DNA of 64,000 nucleotides from the human T2T-CHM13v2.0 reference genome, Homo sapiens, in the NCBI RefSeq assembly GCF_009914755.1, contig NC_060928.1; one strand, given 5' to 3'. The position numbers and the translations under genes are program-made. The notes below the pieces were generated by a model. That model worked only from the letters and a program-made list of their open reading frames with translations, was not told the DNA's origin and did no database searches. Shown in pieces: positions 1 to 13,900 of this stretch (position 1 is its first letter; each line of letters starts with the position of its first letter).

Positions 1-1275
1 TGGGGAAGAGATTTCCAATGTAATGAATGGTGTTGGCAAAACTGGCTAGCCATATGCAGAAAACTGAAACCGGACCCCTTCCTTACACCTTATAGAAAAA
101 TCAATTCAAGATGGATCAAAGACTTGAATGTAAGACCTAGGACCATAAAAATCTTTGAAGAAAACCTAGGCAGTACCATTCAGGACATAGGCATGGGCAA
201 GGACGTCATGTCTAAAACAGCAAAAGCAATGGCAACAAAAGCCAAAATTGACAAATGGGACCTAATTAAACTAAAGAGCTTCTGCACAGCAAAGGAAACT
301 ACCATCAGAGTGAAAAGGCAACCTACAGAATGGGAGAAAATTTTTGCAATTTACCCATCTGACAAAGGGCTAATATCCAGAATCTACAAAGAACTTAAAC
401 AAATTTACAAGAAAAAAAAAACCATCAAAATATGGGCAAAGGATATGAACAGACACTTCTCAAAAGAAGACATTTATGCAGCCAACAGACATATGAAAAA
501 TGCTCATCATCACTGGTCATTAGAGAAATGCAAATCAAAACCACAATGAGATACCATCTCACACCAGTTAGAATGGCGATCATTAAAAAGTCAGGAAACA
601 ACAGATGCTGGAGAGGTTGTGGAAAAATAGGAATGCTTTTACTCCCACTGTTGGTGGGAGTGTAAATTAGTTCAACCATTGTGGAAGACAGTGTGGTAAT
701 CCTCAAGGATCTAGAACTAGAAATACCATTTGACCCAGCAATCCCATTGCTGGGCATATACCCAAAGGATTATAAATCATTCTACGATAAAGACACATGC
801 ACACGTGTGTTTACTGCAACACTATTCACAATAGCAAAGCCTTGGAACCAACCCAAATGTCTATCAAGGATAGACTAGATTAAGAAAATGTGGCACATAC
901 ACACCATGGAATACTATGCAGCCATGAAAAAGGATTAGTTCATGTCCTTTGCAGGGATATGGATGAAGCTGGAAACCATCATTCTCAGCAAACTATCTCA
1001 AGATCAGAAAACCAGACACTACATGTTCTCACTCATAAGTGGGAGCTGAACAATGAGAACACATGGACACCAGGAGGGGAACATCACACACCGGGGCCTG
1101 TGGGGGATGGGGGGCTAGGGGAGGGATAACATTAAGAGAAATACCTAATGTAGTTGATGATTTGATGGGTGCAACAAATCACCATGGCACATGTATATCT
1201 ATGTAACAGAACTGCAGGTTCTGCACATGTATCCCAGAACTTAAAGTATAATTAAAAAAAAAAAAAGAAAAAAAG
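1..1275 (+). mobile_element. L1PA7/8-like LINE-1 3' part (frameshifted ORF2 C-terminus, 3'UTR, poly-A); continues beyond the window start
   Basis: ORF fragments 124-549 ([20 protein letters not shown]) and 681-878 ([24 protein letters not shown]) match L1 ORF2. G-rich 3'UTR and ttaaagtataat followed by an A-tail at about 1241-1275. Confidence 0.95.
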
Positions 1276-1337
1276 AAATGCTGACTTCAGAGAAACAGGC
1301 TTGGGGAAACAAAACAACACAAAACAAAACAAGCAAA

Positions 1338-1410
1338 CCAGTTAGGATACTTTCTGCTATAAGAAACAGAAAACTCTACTTGAACTGAGTTAAATAAAAA
1401 AGGAAATTTC
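1338..1410 (-). mobile_element. Old MaLR LTR terminal fragment (MLT1K/L-like)
   Basis: cagttaggatactttctgctataagaaacagaaaactc...gagttaaataaaaaaggaaattt resembles the MLT1K/L end. Confidence 0.5.
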
Positions 1411-1439
1411 GCCCCCCCTCCCCCCCCAAAAAAAAACAT

Positions 1440-3860
1440 GGAAAGCAAATATAGTGAAGACCTTAAGGGACATGAAAAAATTAAATTATAAGCCAGCAGT
1501 GGGGAAAACCAAGCACTAATCAGGTTAACAATTCAGATTCCCCAAAAGTTGCAAACATTAATAGCACCAATACCTCAGAAAATGGTTACGGAGAGAAGAG
1601 GAAGATACAATGAAGGGGAAAAAGTTAGTGTAAGAATAAACTAGGTTGTTCCCAGATTCCATTCAAGTAGTACCTGCCCTACCATTCTACTATTCTAGAA
1701 GAAGACTGACCAGTTGTTAAAGGATTTCCGGACTTGAGGAAGTATTACACTACAAACAGGTGCATTTAGTGACTGTAAGCACAGTAATGCCTGAGACAAC
1801 AGCCCATGCCCAGGGCTCTTTCATATGTTTATCATATCTCTAGGGCTCATATCTCTAGACCTCCAGAGACCAGAACTTTACTCTCTGGGGAATCTGACCA
1901 GCCCAGGAAAAAAGATTTGAAGATTCAGGACAAATCCTATCTGAATTTCCCAGGCACATCACTCTGCAGTTAAGCTTGCAATTGATAAGATCTAGTGAGG
2001 CATTAATAGATTCCAATTTACTTTTTAATTTCCCAGACTAAGGTAAGGGTAATCATGTAAAGATTGTCAGAGGTATGAAAGATGGAATACAAAACAAACA
2101 AAAAAGTCTTTGGAATATGGAGGAAAAGACTATGCTGAAAGATTAAAACTTAACAAGAAAAACAATATACTCAGAGAGATAAGAGAAGATATTGAATCCA
2201 AGAGGAAAAAAACAGGATATTATTGTTTTAAAGTGGGGGGAGTTTTTGAAAATTTAAACTATAAGGAAAGAAATGGAGGGAAAGGAGAAAATTAATACAA
2301 AGTTTGTAAGATAAATTAGAGAAACTCTCACAGTAAGAAAAGGAAAAAAAAGAGCATTATGCTCAGGTTATTGGCTTGATTCTTTAATAGAGATAAAAGT
2401 AAGAATGGCTTAAATGAGTTAGGTTTCTATCTCTCAGTCTCTGTCACACACACACACACACACACACGTCCACAGTGATCAACAAAATAGTAGGGCATCT
2501 GTTATTTATTATCAATAAAATTGCCTGAGGCCTATGTTTCTTACATTTTGTTGCTACTTCATCCCCTAGAAGTTTCCCTTGGTTTATCACCACCACATAC
2601 ATATTCCAGATATCTTCAAAGGGAAAAAATGGAAGAATGCAGCTTCCTTTTAAGGACAATGTTGTGCATAAAGGGAGATTTTACATACCTTTTTCTCACA
2701 TTTCCATTAGCCAGAACTTAGTCCCATGGCAATACTTAATGATAAGGAGGGCTGAAAAGTTTAGAAAGTAGCTGGATGTTCATGAACCAAGCTACAAACC
2801 AGGAGATTCCATAAATTCAAGGAGGAAGGGAAGATCGTATAATGGAGATCAACATTCTTTGTCATAAAGAGAGAAAATAAAAAATTCAATTAGGTGGCTA
2901 TACCAAGAGTTATAACAATCAAACAATAGAAATTCCCTGAGAGAACAGAAAAAAAAACCAGAATGGAGAAATTCATCATTAAATATTTTAAAGAAAATTT
3001 ATCCATCTGTCAGGAACTAAATGAAAACAAACCCACATCAATGTACTTTATTATGAAACACTGGAACCTTAATCACAAGGAAAATAATCTACAAAATTTC
3101 AGGTAATTAGAGAACAAGAAATATTCAAATGATTAGGGAACAATGTCTTCGAAATTGTCAATAGCAGGTTGGAAGCTGGAAAAAAAAGAAGCAATGCATT
3201 GGCAAATTCTGAATGAAAGCATAATTGCCAAATTAGAATTATTTTATTCACTCAATCTAAAAATCAGAAGCATGTTTGTAATATATTCATCTACCATGGG
3301 CCTTTGTTGAGAAGGATACTAGAGAATATGCTCTTTCAAAATAGTAATTAAACCTAAGAGAGAGTAAGACAGAGGAAAATAGAATCAAGAGATCAATAAA
3401 TAGAAATGAGAGGAATTCCCAGAGTGGTGGTGGCGGTAAATCCCAGGGTAACAACTCGGTGCAGACTTAGAGGCAAGTCAGTCGAGATTGAAGAAGGTTA
3501 ATAGGTTTAGCAAAGACTTCTACAGCAAGTTGCAAGGGAAACATCTTTCCACGTATCTGCACATCTTAGGTGAAAATTTATGCAATTGTTTTAGAGTTTT
3601 TACTTAAATTAATAAGTACTAAGAAAAGCAAACATACCAAAAATAAATGAAGTAAGGGGTGCTAGGAAGGATGCTTATAAGTGGATGGTGTGGAAAAGAA
3701 AAAGTCTGTATTCTCATCAGATGAGAGGATCAGTAATAAAGCTTAAGATATAACATTATCAAGAAGTAACAATATTTTTAAGTAGCAATTTAAGCATATA
3801 ACCATGAGACATAAATTAAGTACCAAAATAATCACCTGAAAAAAAAAAGTGGTCACCTTA
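1440..3860 (+). mobile_element. Degraded ancient L1M 5'/ORF1-region fragments, interrupted by an MLT1 LTR
   Basis: A-rich strand with ORF1-like phrases (gaagcaatgcattggcaaattctgaatgaaa...aattagaatt); no intact frame. Confidence 0.5.
2358..2866 (-). mobile_element. MLT1J-like MaLR LTR containing a (CA)n at about 2446-2467
   Basis: cacatttccattagccagaacttagtcccatggc...gggctgaaaagtttag..agctgg is typical of reverse-oriented MLT1J/I. Confidence 0.7.
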
Positions 3861-4100
3861 TGGGAAGGATAAAACAGTGGAAGGGGAAGGTAGCATTGGC
3901 TCTTTGGAATAGTTTTTATTGTTTAGTAGTTACAAAGTGTGGTGAAGTATAAAGAGCACTCTGCTACCAAGTTTAAGAAACACAATATTATCATTAACTT
4001 TAAATGCCTACCCCTCCCCAACTTAGAATGTATTCCCCTGCCTACGCTCTTCTCTTTGCCTTCAGAAGTATCATGGCTCCCAAATGGTGTTTCTGAGGGA

Positions 4101-4139
4101 TGTGTGTATATGTGTGTGTGTGTGCCCGTGTGTGTGTGT
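4101..4139. repeat. Imperfect (TG)n microsatellite
   Basis: tgtgtgtatatgtgtgtgtgtgtgcccgtgtgtgtgtg. Confidence 0.9.
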
Positions 4140-4508
4140 TAGTCCACTCTGTATTGCTATAGTTTATTTTGAAAAGATGTTTATGTTGCTCATGGTTCTG
4201 CAGAGTGTACCAGAAGCATGGCAACAGCATCTGCTTCTGGTGAGGGCCTCAGGAAGTTTCAATCATGCTAGAAGGTAAAGACAGAGCAGGTGCATCACAT
4301 GGCAAGGACAGAAGCAAAAGAAAGAAAAGGGAAGTCCCAGACTTTTTAACAAACAGCTCTCATGGTAACATTACCATGGGAAGGACCCCAAGCCATGCAT
4401 GAGGAATTCACCCTCATGACCCAAACACCACCCACTAGGCCCACTTCCAACATGGGGGATCACATTTCAACATGAGATTGGGAGGGGACAAACACCCAAA
4501 CCATATCA
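4135..4508 (-). mobile_element. MSTB-like MaLR solo LTR
   Basis: tgtgttagtcc...catctgcttctggtgagggcctcaggaag...tcacatttcaacatgagatt...acccaaaccatatca. Confidence 0.85.
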
Positions 4509-5560
4509 GTGTGTGTGAATGTGTATTTAAATATCCATAAACAATATGTTATTTAATTTTGCATGGGTTTTATCTCTTTATATATAAATGAAATTATGAA
4601 GATTAAGAAAGGAAAGGCAAATAAAAGAAAAATGAAAGGAGAGGAAAGAAAAGAAAAGAAAGGAGGGAGGAAGACAGAGAACAAAAGAGGATATCTGATA
4701 TGTTCCAATGTATCAAGGGGAGATTTATACTTATAAAGAAGGATTGGGGAATAATTTGATTACAGAAAACAAGAAAAAATGGAGCAATTATTAACTTTAG
4801 GGAAATCAATAGGCTTATAGGCAAGGAAACATAATCATAATATAACATTTGACACAGCTTAGGCATGAAGTACATTATGATAATATTTGTGAAATCATGA
4901 TAAGGCAAACATTGATCAAACTGAAAATTATCACACAGCTGGGAGTTGGAGAGGGGTGTAGGTATTGCGGGTGGACCAAGGGCACATATAAAAGGATAAA
5001 TCCTCATCTGCCATAGAGAATGGCAATATGTCTGACATAAAGAATCAAAAAGTAACTGTCTGAAGGTAAATTCCAAACAAAATAGCTAAGAAAGTTAAAA
5101 ATGGTTGCATCTGGAGGTAAGAGTAAGTAGGGTTAGATAGGAATTTTTGTAAGAAAGGGGAAAAGGGTATTGTTGCTTTTTAAAAATGCTGTAGGATTAT
5201 CTGAATTTTAAAAGCATGTACATTTATAACTTTTATAATTTAGTTTCTCTTTAATATATATAATACTAAATTTGAAAAGAAAATTAAAGCATGTGTGTAT
5301 GCGTATACACATATATCATAATCTATGGATTTTAAAAAATATTTGAATAGACCAAATAACTGTATATTTCATATTAAACTTCTAATTACTGAATAATTAA
5401 GATGAGCTTTAGAGTTGTTTAGTGAAGGCTTTGGGCTGTTTTCAGAATACATAATTTAGAGTGAGCTACATGCTTTTCAACTTGCTCCAGAAGACCAGAA
5501 TCTGACCAGGTAAGATGAATGGCTACAACTCCTGTAGTCTCAAGTACTTCAAAGTGTGCT

Positions 5561-5855
5561 AGCCAGGTGCAGTGGATCATGCCTGTACCAGCACTTTGAG
5601 GGGCCAAGGCAGGCAGATCAACTGAGGTCAGGAGTTTGAGATCAGCCTGGCCAACCTGGTAAAACCCTCTCTCTACTAAAAATACAAAAATTAGCTGGGT
5701 GTGTTGGCGTGCTGCTGTAATCCCAGCTACTTGGGAGAGTGAGGCAGGAGAATTTCTTGAACTCAGAAGGTGGAGGTTGCAGTGAGCTGAGATTGTGCCA
5801 CTATACTCCAGCCTGGGTAACATAGTGAGACTCCATCTCAAAAAAAAAAAAAAAA
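5561..5855 (+). mobile_element. AluS (Sx/Sz-like), full length, TSD aaagtgtgc
   Basis: Two arms, ctactaaaaatacaaaaaatta linker, poly-A; aaagtgtgc on both flanks. Confidence 0.97.
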
Positions 5856-7194
5856 GTGTGCCATCTCCTGGATAATAGAAAAGAGTTTTCATGGAGGTGA
5901 GCTCCATTCAGACTGCTCAGAAATCCCAGTAGACACTTCTTACCCTTAGCCCACCACAGTAGGATCCTTACTTAATTCTCTCTTTAGTCTCTTTTCTACA
6001 CACACACAAACATACAATAGAAAATTCAATCAGCTGTGACTTGAAATTATCCACACTCAAATCACTGAGACCCACTCAGCCTGAGTGTCTTTGTCTCTCA
6101 AAGAAAGGAATAGAAAAAAAAAAGGAGGGGGAGTGAGTAGAATATATGCCAGTGAAACAAATGCAAAGGCTCCCAAATAATCTCCCTACATGCTTGTTTC
6201 CCTGCTCTCCTATGTCTAATTGGAAGCTGTGAATATCCACCACCCCACTGTTTCTCAGAAGTCTCATTAGAAGCCAACGTGGTTCTGAATTAGAATAAGT
6301 GCAACATCTGCCAATGACGTCTGTTTTGCAGGTGCCACTGCCAAGTGCCAATGCTATACAATATTTGTTCACCACTGCCCACGTGGGACCAAACCCACAC
6401 TTAATAAGACAGAGACTGCATTGTCATGACATATGCGCAATAATATTCCCTGCATTTAAGCCCCAGAAGCATGGTTATTTAGCTAACGTAGACTTCTGCT
6501 ATAATCATAGCAGTTTTTCTTCCAGCAGTAAAAGTCTCACCAACTACAGTTCGGCATTTTCTGCTTTCCAATTACTCGCTGATGCTATGCCAAGTACAGA
6601 GTAATATTTTCATATATCACTAAACAAATGCAGTTGTGCTCCCCAAACAGGTTTCAGTTTGGGCTAAACTATATCCATTAAAGCTTTCATAAATGGAACA
6701 CCCTTCAGCTTGTAGTTTCTTTTTACTCATAACTATTTAAACTGCACAGATAATACCTCAACTTCCCAGCAAGTGCTGCATTAGCTGGGCAATCTTTAAA
6801 GCATAAAACTTTGTAGCAAGAGAAAACTAGGAAGAGAGAAATAAGTTGTACTACTAGCAAAAAGCAGACCAGATTCATATTTCCTTATTTCTAAGAAATA
6901 GTCTTTCTCTTTTACATATATAATACACATATATATGTAACCTTCTGAGATATTTGTATATCAATGATAGTATTTTAAGTGTACAAGGCACTACAGATTT
7001 ATATTGAAAGAAAAATAATCTTATTTCCAAAGACTTGATTTTTTTTTAAGTGGAAAAAATTAAACCTGAGACTAGAGGTATGAATGTAGTGATTGTCAGA
7101 CTGAAGTGAAAGGGTAAATCTAATGCTATATTTTTATCAAAGAAAGTTTGAGGTGATTCAAGGACTGTTTTACACAGTGGGTAAACTTTTTTGG

Positions 7195-7725
7195 TTGACT
7201 TAGGGAGCGTTTGGTTGGTAAGAACCAAAACCCATCCCGGCTCACATAAGTGAAGGGAGCTTTATGTTAAGAATGCAAGGATAGCCTGCAGAATCTAACT
7301 GCAGAATTCATGGACCAGCAACTATCTTTTCTTTCCTCTGGGCAAGAGCCTTAAGGTGGCTGGACTCCACTTACTCCCTCTCTCTCCCTCTCTTTGCTCT
7401 TTTCCATTCTCTCTAGGAGACCTTCTATAAGGTGCTTAGTTAGAGTTTTCTCATAGTTTCAGTATCCCAAAGGTTTAGAGTCAGCACTGGGACCAACTCC
7501 CACCAAAACTTTATATAATCCTATAATTTGTGGGACATCATCAGAAAAATACATCATGTAACTCAATTCAAATTCTTGAGAGGAAGAATTTCTTAGTCTT
7601 AGTCAGACTGGGTCAGGTGCACAATCCAGTCCAGTTGGTTGAAACAAACACAGATTTCTAGGTTCACTTTCATCAGAGACTGAAAATTTAAAGGAGGAGA
7701 AAGATATTCAGCGTGTGTCTACTAA
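7195..7725 (-). mobile_element. Old MaLR LTR (MLT1K-like)
   Basis: gacttagggagcgtttggttggtaagaaccaaaaccc start; later cttagtcagactgggtcaggtgcacaatccagtcc. Confidence 0.55.
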
Positions 7726-7811
7726 ACAGTCCTCAAGAAAACCTAAATGGAGGTTGAGATTTTCAATGCAAAATGGGACTTCTTCCAAAACAATTATGTA
7801 TTTCACATTGA

Positions 7812-7935
7812 AATTTACATTGCATTCACATATTATCATATATGTTCTTTATGACATCCTAATGATATATTGAAGGAAGATGATACCAACCCCATTTAAA
7901 AAAGTAGAATAGTAAATATCAGAAAGGTGGAAAAG
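7812..7935 (-). mobile_element. MIR fragment
   Basis: ttcacatattatcat...ccccattt...cagaaaggt core remnant. Confidence 0.5.
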
Positions 7936-8186
7936 GATGGCTTTTAGGTGAGTAATTTGGACACAACCTCTTGGGGCACTTCCAATTGTACCATACCTTT
8001 CAAACAGTTTAGCAACCTTAACCCAGGCTCTTAAAATTTAAAAACAGCTGTATTGATGTGGGTGTTATTGACAAAGAAAGAAGTAGCCCCAGCTGTTTAT
8101 CCCCTCATTCTTCCATACTAGTCTACCCAAATAATTCTTTCAAAAATTAGCTGTTTACCCATTAATTTGAATGTGGCTTAAGGTTA

Positions 8187-8305
8187 GCATGACCACATAA
8201 TTATATATTAAACTAGTAACATTGTAAAATAAAAGGGACACTATTACTACAGGATAACAGTCATAAACCTGGATTATCTTGTATTAACCAGGCTGCATGG
8301 CTCCT
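8187..8305 (+). mobile_element. MER94-like hAT-Blackjack MITE
   Basis: tgaccacataattata...aaagggacactatta...ggataacagtcataaacctgg; related to the copy at 45540. Confidence 0.6.
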
Positions 8306-8574
8306 TCTGGAATAGAATTCAAATTTATGGATCCAATCTTTCCTGTCCTGGGACAACTGAAACACTGTAGTAAATTTGGATTTCAGGGGTTGAAACAGGG
8401 TGAGTATTATTACGATAGGAAATACCTTGATTTGTGTCTAGGCCCAGAATTTTTAGTGCTTTCCACCTATGTCTTGTATGCTAAAGACAAGTCTGGTTCT
8501 TTGTACCAACAGTGATGAGAAACAAGAGCTCATTATCTTAGAGATACTTGATAGTAAGAGTTCTCTAGTAAATG

Positions 8575-11452
8575 TAAAAGCCCTTTATTAGAAATATGTT
8601 TTACAAGTATTTTCTCCCAAACTGTGGCTTGCTTTTTGCAATTTATTAATAGTGGCTTTTGAAGAGAAAAGTTTGAAATTTTTATCGGTTCAAAGTGTCA
8701 GTTTTTATTTTATATTCCATTTTTTGTTTTATCTAATAAATCTTTGCTTAACACAAGTCCAAAAAGATTTTTCTCATACTTTATTCCAAAAGTTTATAGT
8801 TTTAGATTTTACAGATATGTTCATGATCCACTTTAATTTTTGTACATGCCGTGAGACAAGGGCTGTTGCTCAGTTTTATTATTTATTAATTTGCATGTAG
8901 ATATCCACCTGCTCCACCCTAATAGGTTGAAAAAATACCATATGCTGCTTATCCATTCATCACTTGATGGATATTAGGGTTGTTTCCACCTTTTATCTAT
9001 TATGAATAACGTTGTTGTAAACATTTGTGTACAACTTTTTGTGGAGATCTAGGTTTTTACTTACCTTGTATGGCACTTAAGTGTGGAATTGCTCGGTCAC
9101 ATGGCAACTGTGTTTAAGTTCTTGAGAAATTGTTGTGTGTGGTTTTGTTTATTTATTTATTTTGGTCAAACTGCTGTACCATTTATATTACCACCAGTCC
9201 ATGAGGGTGCCATTTCTCTACATCCCTGCCAACACTTGTTATTGTCTGTCTTTTTGATTATAGTTATCCTAGTAAATGTGAAGCAGCAGGCATCTCATTG
9301 TTGTGGTTGCAATTTGTATTTCCCTAGTGACTAATTATATTGAATATATTATCGTGCTTATTAGCCACTTGCATATATTCTTTGGAGAAATATCTATTCA
9401 AACCTCTTGACCATTTTTAGTTGGGGCATTTGTCTTTTTATTATCAAGTTGTAAAATTTCTTTATATATTTTGGATTCTAAACCCTTATCAGATAGATGA
9501 CTTGCAAATATTTCCTCCCTTAGTGTGGGTTTTCTTTCACTTTTTAATAGTGTCTTTTGATGCACAAAAGTTTCTAATTTTGATGAAGTCCAACTTACCG
9601 ATTTTTTTTGGTTGTTTGTGGTTTAGTTTTATATCTAAGAAACTATAGCCTAATCCAAAGTCACAAAGACTGGATAATCTCAATTCCTCTAGCTTCAAGT
9701 TTACTAGCTTTTCCAGTAAATGTTTTATTTCAATTATTATACTTTTCAGCTTCAGAATATCTATTTGGTTCTATTTTATAATTTCTATCTCTTTATTGAC
9801 ATTCTTTTTTTGGTGAGACATCATTCTAATACTTTCCTTTAGTTGTTAGGCATGTTCCTATAGTTCCTAAAAAAATCACTGATTTAGGTCCTTGTCTAAT
9901 AAATACAATAACTGGATTTTGCAGGGACAGTTGGTTGTTTTTTCATGTATGGATCATGAATTATTGTTTCTTTGCATGTCTACCAACATGTTGTTGAAAA
10001 CTGGACATTTGAAGTAATATAGTGTGAAAACTTTTTGGAAATCAGACATTTTACCCTCATCATGGATATCATTTTTGTTGTTTGTTGTTATTGTTTGGTT
10101 AGTGACTTCTTTGAACTAATTCTATGAAATCTGAATTCTTCGTTACATTTGACCAGTGAAATCTCTGTTTAATTACCTTAGTGGTCAGCTAATGGCTGGA
10201 CAGAGATTTCCTTAAAAAGCTGGAACCAACAGCCTCTCAGTCTTTGCTAAGGGACTCTGTATGTGTTCTGAAGCATGCCTTCAACATTTGTCCAGACAGT
10301 TTAAAGCACTGCCTTAGCTTTCATTTCTTTCTTGCACAGAGTCTCAAGATTAGCCAGAGGTGAGAGCTTAGTGCCTTCTCAGGTCTTTCCTGAGCATGCA
10401 GACTTCACTTGCTATATGTGTGTGGCTTTGTACATTCTCAGGAATATACCATAACCTTTCAATGTTCCTTGCAGACATCTCATTCCATAGCTTTTCCCTT
10501 TAAGTTTTTTGGCTAGCTTATTATTTGTATCAACTGCTATCTACCTCCTTAATATTCAACAACTGCCTCTGATTGTTTTTGACAAAGGTTTTTGGGAAAA
10601 GTCTATTCGGACAAACTAAGTTAATGGTTCTACTCTACATAGATGATTATATTTTCTGCATGTACAAACTGTTTTATTACCTTTTCAATCTGTATATCTT
10701 ATTGCACTGGGTAGAACTTCAACTACAGTGTCAAATAGAAGTGATGAGAAAAGTATTCCTTACTTTTTTCCTGATCTTATGGGGAAGAAACTCCATTTTG
10801 CATCAAAAAATTTGATGTTATCTGTGGAATTTTTAAAGATATCCTTTATTTAATTGAAGTTCCCTTCAATATCCATTTTGCTGAGAAATTTTTATGAAAC
10901 AGTGTTGAATTTTCTCAAATGCGTGTTTGTATGTATCGAATAAATCATGATTTTTATATTTTGGAAACTATTTAGAAATATGTTAAATTGATTGATTTTC
11001 ATATGTTAAACTATCCTTTCATTCTTGGGCTAAACTTTATATAGATGTAGGCTATATACAAATTAAGAATTTTCTTGTCCATGTTTGTGAAGGATATTTC
11101 TTTGTATTTTGGGGGTTTTTACTTTATTTTTATGAGATCTTTTTGCCTTTTATTTCAGTATCAGAGTAGTGAAGGTCTTATAAGTTGGAAGGTGTTTCTG
11201 GTTTTTTATTTTTTTAGAATTTTTATAGGATTTCTATTCTTTTTTAAATATTAGAATTTAACGGTGATGCCATCTGAACCTGGAGCCTATTATTTAAGGG
11301 AAGGTTTTTAACTATGAATTTGATGTCTCTAATAGAGATAGAGCTCTTTTGGGCACTTACTTTTCTTTAACTCAGCTTTGGTACTTAGTCACTTCAAAGG
11401 ACTGTGTCTATTTTATTTAGATTGTTGAAATTCTGATCATGAAGTTCCTTAA
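8575..11452 (-). mobile_element. Nested old L1M fragments (L1ME ORF2 pieces, L1MB/MC 3' end at about 8937-9670, L1M 5'/ORF1 piece at about 9670-10610)
   Basis: T-rich strand with antisense L1 phrases (tatccattcatcacttgatggatatt, ctttggagaaatatctattcaa, ccatctgaacctggag). Confidence 0.8.
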
Positions 11453-11629
11453 ATTATGGAGTACTCCAAAGAGATTTTTTCTTCTGTGGATTATCCATTC
11501 TTTTGCCAAGAGCAATGATGTGATCTCAAAGACTTCTTTGTAAAGGATCTCTGGGACTTCCAGGGTTTACCAAACCATTATTTGAGTGCCAATAATACAA
11601 TCTTTTCTAGTAATCGTCATCATTATTTA

Positions 11630-12130
11630 CTAAGTTGCTTAGACAAGAAACATTGGAGAAATCCTACCTTCATTTGATTCCCCTCAAAACCCACATCCAA
11701 TTCATCAATAATAAATCGCTGAAATACAGGTATAAAAGCATTCAGTTGGTTTAGTTGGCCTTCAGTTCAAAGTGAGTTAGTTGTAATATGCTTACCATAT
11801 TCTCACCTCTGACCACTACTATTTTTTCCATCTATTATAAGTATATTCATAGTTTTAAAAGGTTTTTCTTATCTCCATCTATTCATTATTTTTCCAATAT
11901 TTTTTCAGAAAATAATGATCATCTCCAGGAAGGCTACTGTATGCCAACACCACCACCTGCTCTGTTAGCTTTTTCTCCCTCAACTAGTTATCATACTTCC
12001 TTCCCACTTGATCCATACCCTCACTGGATTCTACCTCAAATTCCATAGACAGAGTTTGTGGTTTTTGATCATCCTAGCATATGATAACAGGTTTTTCCTA
12101 AGTGAATTTTCACTCCAAATTCTTCAGTTC
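11630..12130 (-). mobile_element. L2 fragments
   Basis: ttgcttagacaagaaacattggag...cccacatccaattcatca resembles L2 3' sequence. Confidence 0.5.
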
Positions 12131-13479
12131 TGGGCTTCCTTAAAAAGGATACTTTATCTTTGGTTTCAGCCTCTGAAAATCTAGCCTCTAGCATTGACAA
12201 GCAGGTGTTTGCCAAATTATACCTCCGTGACTGAGGGTGGGTTCACACATCTTCATCTTCGGTCCCTTTAACTTCATTCTCTTCATCTTCTCATTAACAT
12301 ATATGCTAAAAATAGCATTTTTATTCTGTCATCCTTCTGTACTTTCTTTGCCCTTTATTTTGCTCTTAGTATAAACTGACAAAATACCACTTATGAAAGT
12401 AATAAAGTTGGATATTTTGGGAAAGAGCTTAACATTCTCTGTTACAATGTAATGTGTATAGATAGCCAACAGATTTTAAATACTATCCAAGGTCTGCCAG
12501 CAACATATGGTTTTCTTTAGATACAGTGTTCATATATGGAAGTAGAATTTTGCACATCTTTTACAAATCCATCCCCAAATTTCAAATAGCATTTTATTAA
12601 TTGTACACTGAAACTAAATAACATATTTGGTACGACTCCAGGGATCCATTAAATTGAAAGGATCTCATCATAACATCACTACAAATGACTCAAAGTCAAA
12701 AGGTTATTTCTTAAAAATAACATTTATAATGTTCTTCCCTAATGTAGAAGTAGTTGGAAAATTTAGACATGCAGTGTAGAAATAAAAAAAATAACAATCT
12801 GCAAAATACTGTACACTTTAGGTAATAAGACCTTTTTCAGATTATACCATGCATCCAATATGGCTATGAGAATCAAGAGTGGGACCGGTATGTATCAATC
12901 TTAGGCAGCATCACAGGGGAAAAAATTGTCATATTTATTGGTTCTACAACAACAGGGCTGGGAGTTTTGATTCTGTGAGGATTCTAATATTTTACTTGTT
13001 GATATTAATAAAGCTATTCTGATAATATATATGATTATCTTATCATAAAAATTAATCATACTTTATTTATTTGACATACTGGACTAGATAATGAGAATTC
13101 CTTTATTTCTCTCCATTAACTGCCACCCAGATTCTATTTATTTGCTCTCTCAACCACTCAGTTTTTTAATGCCTTATTTTCTAGAATCTAGTGTTGTATG
13201 AAATGAGAGTAATAATATTTGTTAGCTAGAGGGTTATAAAGAATAACATGAATGTTTATTATGCACTTTGAAATCATATGAGTGATTTTTTTTACATTGT
13301 AAGCATTGGTATTTCTCAGATAAAAATTATCTTCATGAGTGGTATTATTTTCAGATTCCTGTGTATAAAAGCATATATGTGATTCTGATTTAAATTCATG
13401 TAATTCATAGTTAATGAATTATAAATAGATTAATGTATATTTCTAAAACTTATACACAGCATCAAAAGGAAGTAGTTCT

Positions 13480-13772
13480 TGCCGGGTACAGTGGCTCACA
13501 CCTGTAATCCCAGTACTTTGGGAGGCCGAGGCAGGTGGATCACTGAACGTCAGGAGTTTGAGACTAGCCTGGCCAACACAGCAAAACCCTGTTTCTACTA
13601 AAAATACAAAAATCAGCCAGACATGGTAGTGCATGCCTGTAGTACAAGCTACTCGAGGTGGCAGAATCGTTTGAACTCGGGAGGTGGAGGTTGCAGTAAG
13701 CCGAGATCATGCCACTCCAGCATGGGCAACAGAACAAGACTCCATCTCAAAAAAAAAAAAAAAAAAAAAAAA
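13480..13772 (+). mobile_element. AluS with small right-arm deletions; TSD aaaaggaagt(ag/cc)ttct
   Basis: Alu dimer with long poly-A; near-identical 16-mer on both flanks. Confidence 0.96.
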
Positions 13773-13900
13773 GGAAGTCCTTCTAAGGACCCGGCTCCTT
13801 TAGGAAAAACAAGAGCCTCACTGAGACACAACATGTGAAGACCTGATATGACTTGTGTTTAAAACTATAACATAAGTCTATGTTCTTTTGCCCTTTACAA

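Noticed and set aside
5419-5907. 162-aa ORF and similar [17 protein letters not shown]-type ORFs (13443, 18757, 20149, 38711, 53210)
   Set aside because: Antisense Alu translations.
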